Shown: piece by piece, positions 57,263 through 64,000 of the stretch
Numbering within the stretch: the stretch's first letter is position 1
Layout of the letters: each line of letters opens with the position of its first letter
Assembly: GCA_038087875.1 (NCBI GenBank)
Contig: CM075988.1
Span: 186,001 to 250,000, forward strand
Reading direction: 5' to 3'
From: Malacoraja senta
Lineage: Eukaryota
DNA length: 64,000 bases
Translations under genes and position numbers: made by a program
Notes under the pieces: generated by a model
The model's database searches: none
What the model was told of the DNA's origin: nothing
What the model saw: the letters and a program-made list of their open reading frames with translations, nothing else

Positions 57263-57569
57263 CTGATGTGAGAGGAGGAGAGTGAGCAGGGGAGAACGAT
57301 TAACCCTCATTGCATCTCTAAACTAAACTATCTCTAAACTGAAGTAAACTAAGATGATCCCAGCCCAACATTTCAAAAAAGTCCATTGATCGTCGACTAC
57401 CTCAACTGTTCCTCATGCTCCCTTTAAGATATTTGGAGCCCCATTACCCGCGCTCCTTTTAAACTCATCATGCCTGCATTTCCTGGTTCCCTTTGAAATC
57501 AACTGGGCATTTGAAATGTTAAATAAATTGTTTTGTACGTAAATTAGCATTATATCCACAAGCTGTGAG

Positions 57570-58105
57570 CAAATTCAGGCCCCATATCTCAGGAAGGATG
57601 TGCTGGCTCTGGAGTGTATCCAGAGGAGGTTTACAAAAATGATTCCAGTCAATGAGTGGGTTAGCATACGATGAGCACCTGACAGCACTGGGCCTCTACT
57701 CGCTGGAGTTTAGAAGGTTGAGGGGGGACCTCATTGAAACTTACAGAATAATGAAAGGCATAGAGTGAATGTGGAAAGTATGATTCACTTGGAAGAGTCT
57801 AGGGCCAGTGGTCATAGCCACAGAATGAAAGGGCGCTTTTAGAAAGTAGGTAAGGAGGAACTTCTTTAGTCAGCGGGTAGTTAATCTATGGAACTCATTG
57901 CCACAGAGAACTGTGGAGGCCAAGTCAGTGAATATATTTAAGGCAGAGATAAACAAATTCTTGATTAGAATGGGTGTCAATGGTTATGGGAGGAAGGCAG
58001 GAAAATGAGATTAGGAGGTAGAGATCAGGCATGATCGAATGGTGGAGTAGGTTCAATGGGCCGAATGGCCTAATTCTACACCTCTAACGTGAGACTTGTG
58101 AAGCT
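57570..58105 (+). mobile_element. CR1 LINE 3' fragment (different subfamily)
   Basis: CCCCATATCTCAGGAAGGATGTGCTGGC..LGLYSLEFRRLRGDLIETYRI..TGGGCCGAATGGCCTAATTCT. Confidence 0.85.
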
Positions 58106-58154
58106 TGGAAGAATGAGAGGTTTGAGCGGCGGAGTTCCTCCTCCTGTTCCTCTT

Positions 58155-58445
58155 TTAGTTTTAGATTTATTTTTAGGGATACAGCACGGAATCAGGCCCT
58201 TCGGTCCACTGAGTCCGCACCGACCAGCGATCCCCGCACATACACCAGGGACAATTTACACTTATACCAAGCCAATTAACCTACAAACCTGTAAATTTTT
58301 GTAGTGTAGGGGGAAACTGAAAATCTCTGAGAAACCCACGCAGGTTTCGGGGAGAACGTACAAACTCCATATAGACAGCCGGAATCGAATCCGGGTCTCA
58401 GGCGCTGCAAGGCAGCAACTCTACCGCTACTCTAGCACTGTGCCT
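58155..58445 (-). mobile_element. tRNA-derived V-SINE (HE1-like) with CR1-like tail
   Basis: Minus strand: GGCACAGTG..GCGGTAGAGTTGCTGCC..AGACCCGGATTCGATTCC (B box), GGAGTTTGTACGTTCTCCCC..GCGTGGGTTTCTC, and a tail GGGCCTGATTCCGTGCTGTATC(TAAA)n. Confidence 0.8.
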
Positions 58446-58479
58446 TAAACTTGAGTTACCAAACTTCTTCACGATGGAA

Positions 58480-58640
58480 GGGCAAGAGTGGCGCTGTAGA
58501 AAGAGCCATTGTATCGTAGCTCCAGAGACTCGGTTCGATGCCGACGTCAGAAGCTGAGGCTACTACCTTATCCGTGTGAATGCGTGGAAATCCGCGAGGG
58601 CTCTGGTTTCCTCTCACGTTCTCACTCACACATGAGTAGG
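58480..58640 (+). mobile_element. Degenerate V-SINE
   Basis: CCAGAGACTCGGTTCGATGCC B-box-like motif and GCGTGG..GCTCTGGTTTCCTCTCAC. Confidence 0.5.
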
Positions 58641-59002
58641 TCGTCGAACATGTTATTTTAAATTTCTCCTGGTGGGGTGAGTGACATTAGCGCGCGTGCA
58701 TACGCCTGTAAGTTGCCATGCAATGGATAAGCATGTCCATGACGAAAGAAAATATGAAATGTTGTCACAAATGAAATGTCCAGCAAATAAATAGAGCCAA
58801 CAATAGTTGATAGGAACGTGGTAAATAACAAAGTTAGTTTGCAGAGTTTACAAAATTTATACAGCACTCTTCTATGCCGACCAATGTGTACTCCTATGTT
58901 AATCCTAATGGTCTCCATTTTGCCCCTATCCACTTCCTGATCATGTACTTGTCCAAATGTCTTTTAACGGTTGTAATTGTAAAGGCTTCTACCAATTCAT
59001 CT

Positions 59003-60148
59003 CAGAGTCATAGTTATCGAGTGATACAGTGTGGAAACAGGCCCTTCGGCCCAACTGGGCCACAATGTCAACAATGTCCTAGCTACACTAATCCCACTTG
59101 CCTGTGCTTGGTCAATATCCCTCCAACCTGTCCTATCCATGTAGCAGTCTAACTGTTTCTTAAATGATGGGATAGTCCCAGCCTTAACTACCTCTTGGCA
59201 GCTTGTTCCATACACCCACCACCCTTGGTGTGAAAAGCTTACCCCTCGAATTCCTATTAAATGTTTTCCCTTTCACCTTGAACCAATGTCCTCCGGTCCT
59301 CGATTCCCCTACTTTGTGACTCGGGCAAAAGACTCTGCGCATCTTCCCGATCTATTCCTCATGATTTTCTACACCTCTATAAGATCATCCCTCATCCTCC
59401 TGTGCTCCATGCAATAGCGACCCAGCCTACTCAGCCTCTCCCTATAGCACACTATTCCTTGCAACATCGTCGTGAATCCCTTCTAAACTCTTTCAAGTTT
59501 GACAATATCTTTCCTTTAACATGGTGCCAAGAACTAAACACAATATTCTAAATGCGGTCTCACCAATGTCTTATACGATTGCAACATGACCTCCCAACTT
59601 ACATACTCAATACTCAGACTGATGAAGGCCAACGTGCCAAAAGCCTTTTTGACCACCTTATCTGCCTGCGACTCGACCTTCAAAGAACCATGCACCTGTA
59701 CTCCTAGATCCCTCTGCTCCACAACACTACCCAGAGGCCGAGCATTCACTGTGAAGGTCCTGCCCTTTGTTCAAATGCAACCTCACACTTCTCTGTGAAC
59801 TGTCCATGAACCATTCCACCACCCACCTGGCCAATCGATCCAGATTCTGCTGCAATCTTTCACAACCATCTTCACTATCTGCAATACCACTAACTTTTGT
59901 ATCATCAGCAACTTGCTATTCTTGCCCTGTATGTTATCATCCAAATCATTGATGTAGATGACAAACAGTAACAGGCTCAGCACCGAACCCTGATGCACAC
60001 CACTAGTCACAGGCCTCCAGTTCGAGAAGTAACCTTACACCATCACCCTCTGCTTCCTTTCATGAAGCCAATTTGCTATCCATTCAGCTACATTTCCTTG
60101 GATCCCATACGATCTAACCTTCCAAGCAGCCTAACATGTGGAACCTTG
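59003..60148 (-). mobile_element. Older CR1 LINE, 3' part
   Basis: SGVHQGSVLSLLLFVIYINDLD, YKTLVRPHLEYCV, and 3' end GGGCCTGTTTCCACACTGTATCACTC..ATGACTCT. Confidence 0.88.
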
Positions 60149-62386
60149 GGTAGAAGGGTAGATCGGAGGTGTCAGTGTTGCAGTTGAATAAAGGGGACTA
60201 TGGAGCTATTAGGGAGGAGCTGGCCAAAGTTGCCTGGAACGATACACTAGCAGGGATGACAGTGGAACAAAAATGGTAGGTGTTTCTAGGAATAATACAG
60301 AAGGTGCAGGATCAGTTCATTCCTAGGAGGAAGAAAGATTCCAAGGGGAGAAAGGGACGACCATGGCTGACAAGGGACGTCAGGGACAGTATAAAAATTA
60401 AAGCGAAGAAGGTCAAAGATGAGTGGGAAGCAAGAGGATTGGGTAATGTATAAAGAACAACAGAAGATAACCAAAAAGACAATACGGGGAGAAAAGATGA
60501 GGTACGAAGGTAAGCTAGCCAAGAATATAAAGCAGGATAGTAAAAGCTTCTTTAGGTAAGTGAAGAGGAAAAAAAAAGACCAAAGTTGGAACCTTGAAGA
60601 CCGAAAAAGGTGAATTTATTATGGGGAACAAGGAAATAGCAGATGAGTTGAACAGGTACTTTGGATCTGTCTTCACTGAGGAGGACACAAACAATCTTCC
60701 TGATATAGTAGTGGCCAGAGGATCTGGGGTGACGGAGGAACTGAAGGAAATCCACATTAGGCAGGAAATGGTGTTGGATAGACTGATGGGACTGAAGGCT
60801 GATAAATCCCCAGGGCCTGATGGTCTGCATCCCAGGGTACTTAAGGAAGTGGCTCTAGAAAAGTGGATGCATTGGTGATAATTTTCCAATGTTCTATAGA
60901 CTCAGGATCAGTTCCTGTGGATTGGAGGGTAGCTAATGTTATCCCACTTTTAAAGAAAGGCGGGAGAGAGAAAACAGGGAATTATAGACCAGTTAGCCTG
61001 ACATTGGTGGTGGGGAAGATGCTGGAGTCAATTATAAAAGATGAGATAGCCGAACTTTGGATAGCAGTAACAGGATCGGTCCGAGTCAGCATGGATTTAC
61101 GAAGGGGAAATCATGCTTGACTAATCTTCTGGAATTTTTTGAAGATGTAACTAGGAAAATGGACAAGGGAGAGCCAGTGGATGTAGTGTACCTGGACTTT
61201 CAGAAAGCATTTGATAAGGTCCCACATAGGAGATTAGTGGGCAAAATTAGGGCACATGGTATTGGGGGTAGAGTGCTGACATGGATAGAGAAGTGGTTGG
61301 CAGACAGGAAACAAAGAGGAGGGATTAACGGGTCCCTTTCAGAATGGCAAGCTGTGACTAGTGGGGTACCGCAAGACTCGGTGTTGGGACCGCAGCTATT
61401 TACAATGTACATCAATGATTTGGATGAAGGGATTCAAAGTAACATTAGCAAACTTGCAAATGACACAAAGCTGGGTGGTAGTGTGAATGTGAGGATGCTA
61501 TGAGAATGCAGGGTGACTTGGACAGGTTGGGGGAGTGGGCAGATGCATGGCAGACAAAGTTTAATGCGGATAAATGTGAGGTTATCCACTTTGATAGCAA
61601 AAACAGGAAGGCAGATTAGTATCTAAATGGCATCAAGTTGGGAAAAGGGGAAGTACAACGGGATCTGGGGGGTCCTTGTACATCAGTCTAAGAAAGTAAG
61701 CATGCAGGTGCAGCAGGCCATGAAGAAAGCGAATGCCATGTTGGCCTTTATAACAAGAGGAATCGAATATAGGAGCAAAGAGGTCCTTCTGCAGTTGTAC
61801 AGAGCTCTAGTGAGACCACACCTGGAGTATTGTGTGCAGTTTTGGTCCCCTAATTTGAGGAAGGACATTCTTGCTATTGAGGGAGTGCAGCGTAGGTTTA
61901 CAAGGTTAATTCCCGGGATGGCGGGATTGTCATATGCTGAGAGAATGGAGCAACTGGGCTTGTACACTCTGGAGTTTAGAAGGATGAGAGGGTATCTCAT
62001 TGAAACATATAAGATTGTTAAGGGTTTGGACACGCTAGACGCAGGAAACATGTTCCCGATGTTGGCGGAGTACAGAACCAGGGGCCATAGTTTAAGAATA
62101 AGGAGCAAGCCATTTAGAATGGAGACGAGGAAACACTTTTTCTCACAGAGAGGGGTGAGTCTGTGAAATTCTCTGCCTCAGAGGGCGGTGGAGGCGGGTT
62201 CTCTGGATGCTTTCAAGAGAGCGCAAGATAGGGCTCTTAAAAATAGCGGAGTCAGGGGATATGGGGAGAAGGCAGGAACGGGGCACTGATTGGGGATGAT
62301 CAGCCATGATCACATTGAATGGCGGTGCTGGCTCGAAGGCTGAATGGCCTACTCCTGCACCTATTATCTATTTCTATTGTCTATTG
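60149..62386 (+). mobile_element. Younger CR1 LINE (5'-truncated ORF2 to tail) inserted into the older CR1
   Basis: KSPGPDGLHP, NYRPVSLT, QHGFTKGKSCLTNL, YLDFQKAFDKVPH, RPHLEYCVQFWSP and a (CTATTGT)n tail. The host reads GGAACCTTG | TCGAATGCC across it. Confidence 0.93.
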
Positions 62387-63090
62387 TCGAATGCCTTACT
62401 GAAGTCCATGTACACAACATCGACAGCTCTGGCCTCATCAACCTTTTTGGTCACATCTTCAAAAAAAAACAATCAGATTTGTGAGACATGACCTCCACGT
62501 ACAAAACCATGCTGACTATCCCTTATCAGCCCTTGCCCATCCAAATGCCTCTATATTCTATCCCTCAGAATACTCTCCAGTAACTTATCAACTACAGATG
62601 TTAAACTCACCGGCCTATAGTTCCCAGCATTTTTCCTGCAGCCCTTCTTGAAAAGAGGCACAACATTTGCCAGCCTCCAGTCTTCCAGCACCTCTCCTGT
62701 ATTTAAGGATGACTCGTAGGTTTCAACTAGGGCTCCCACAATTTCCTCTCTACTTTTCCTCCATGTCCTCCGATATATCAGATCAGGCCCTGGAGATTTG
62801 TCTAGCTTCAAACACAACAGTACCTTCAGTACTTCTTTGACAGTAACCCTGACTGCTCTCAAGACACTTCCAGTGATTGCTCCAATTTCCTCTGTCCTAC
62901 TGTCTTTCTCCTCGGCAAATACAGAGAAATAATAATTTTGGACCTTGACCATCTCCTGTGGCTCCACACAGAGGTGACTGCTTTGTTTTTCTGAGATGAC
63001 CCACTCTCTCTCTAGTTACCCCTTTCCCCCTTATGTGTTTATAAAATCTTTTGGGATGGTCCTTAATATCTTTTGGGATTGTCCTTAATG
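62387..63090 (-). mobile_element. Older CR1 LINE, upstream part
   Basis: KSPGPDLIY, EDWRLANVVPLFKKG..GNYRPVSLTSVV, VYMDFSKAFD | KVPH (continues at 60148). Confidence 0.88.
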
Positions 63091-63434
63091 GCAGCTTCAT
63101 GTACCTACCACCCCGTGTTAAAAAAACGTGCCATTCCTTCAATTCTCTCCTCACTCGGTTTAAATCTTATCTCCTAGTTTGGTATTTCCCAAAGCTGGGA
63201 CAAGGGCTGTCGCAATCTATCTGATCTTTTAGACTCGAGATTTCATCATCATGATGCTATTCCCCTCAACCTCTTTTTTTCTGGGGAGAACCTGTCCCAT
63301 CTTTCCAGATTCCTTATAACCAAAGCCATTCAGTCCCGGCAACATCTTTATGAATCGTTTCTGCACCATCTAATTCAAGTAAATGCACGCTTGATGCACA
63401 GATTCAATCGGCAGTCGGGCGCACATGGACTTAC

Positions 63435-63627
63435 GCGATGGCGAGAAATGCTGCGTCACTTCCGTACAGGAAAGTTGCATTGGTCACCAGTAGGATGAAT
63501 GTCGCGTACTGCACTTCCAGCACGGGAATGGCGGCGCAGATACTGAAGAGGGTGGAAAGCGTGACGGTGACGGCGAGAGAAAGCACCGCTGACTGAATGT
63601 CTTCCAGCCTCTGGACTGCAGCCCAGT
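63435..63627 (-). CDS. SLC43A3: SLC43A3-like coding exon (193 bp); upstream exons lie beyond the window
   Basis: tattctcctgtttcag| ... |gtaagt. Encodes WAAVQRLEDIQSAVLSLAVTVTLSTLFSICAAIPVLEVQYATFILLVTNATFLYGSDAAFLAIA, resembling the SLC43A3 segment CAxxPxLxLQYxTFILQVxxRSFLYGxNAAF. Splices in frame to 57262. Confidence 0.92.
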
Positions 63628-63884
63628 CTGAAACAGGAGAATACACAAGCAATCTGTTAGCCGTCGGTGCTCCAGCAAAATGCTGTCTACACAGAGGGGC
63701 CATCATATCCACAAGATGAAATGTTGGGAACACTCAACTAGTCAGGCAGCATCCATCCGGAGAAACAGCCTGTATTTCACCCTTCATCTGGTCAAAACAA
63801 ATGAACAATCAAACGAGCCATATTTTACAGAGGGGAAGGGTAGAAAGGGCCTCCTCTATATGAGGATGCCAGCAGCTTTATTTA

Positions 63885-64000
63885 TGGGACTGTACCACTT
63901 AGGCGACTTTTTAGGCGACTGCAGGAGATTTTGCGGTTGCCACATGTTCGCGGGTGGTTGCCAGGGAGTCGCCTTCATGGTCGTGAGGAGTTCCCACGTT
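63885..64000. mobile_element. Probable end of a non-autonomous DNA transposon (PIF/Harbinger-like MITE), cut by the window edge
   Basis: Starts GGGACTGTACCACTTAGGCGACTTTTTAGGCGAC close after TTA, resembling GGGCCTGTCCCACT-type termini. The other end is not visible. Confidence 0.4.

Noticed and set aside
63431..63733. 100-aa single-exon membrane protein as given by the ORF track
   Set aside because: Only 63435-63627 is exonic. The ORF start lies in intron and its stop falls in the GTAAGT donor.

Overview
Eukaryotic (vertebrate) genomic DNA. The repeat content (HE1/V-SINE-like SINEs, CR1, Rex1/Babar, DIRS, Penelope-type repeats) suggests a cartilaginous fish such as a skate or ray; this is an inference. 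Bases 1-34519 are a complex (GTGA)n-based satellite with a ~0.5-1 kb punctuated monomer, nested higher-order duplications and a 200-N gap across which the satellite changes strand. The many Thr-His-Ser-Leu ORFs are by-products of this repeat. The satellite ends exactly at the LTR of a Gmr1-like (integrase-before-RT) retrotransposon. 34.5-50 kb is a nested retroelement stack. It includes a very young Gypsy insertion (37723-42340, GGAAG target-site duplication, identical 204-bp LTRs) with an abnormal structure: a 12-bp LTR stub, a duplicated pol 3' end, and a 35-36 nt copy of mature tRNA-Leu in place of the usual 18-nt PBS, fused directly to the end of gag. This looks like a fossil of aberrant plus-strand reverse transcription and is the most unusual item in the window. 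54.3-63.6 kb holds the last three coding exons of a minus-strand SLC43A3-like transporter gene that the ORF track largely misses, with CR1/SINE-filled introns. Family assignments come from recalled motifs, not database searches.
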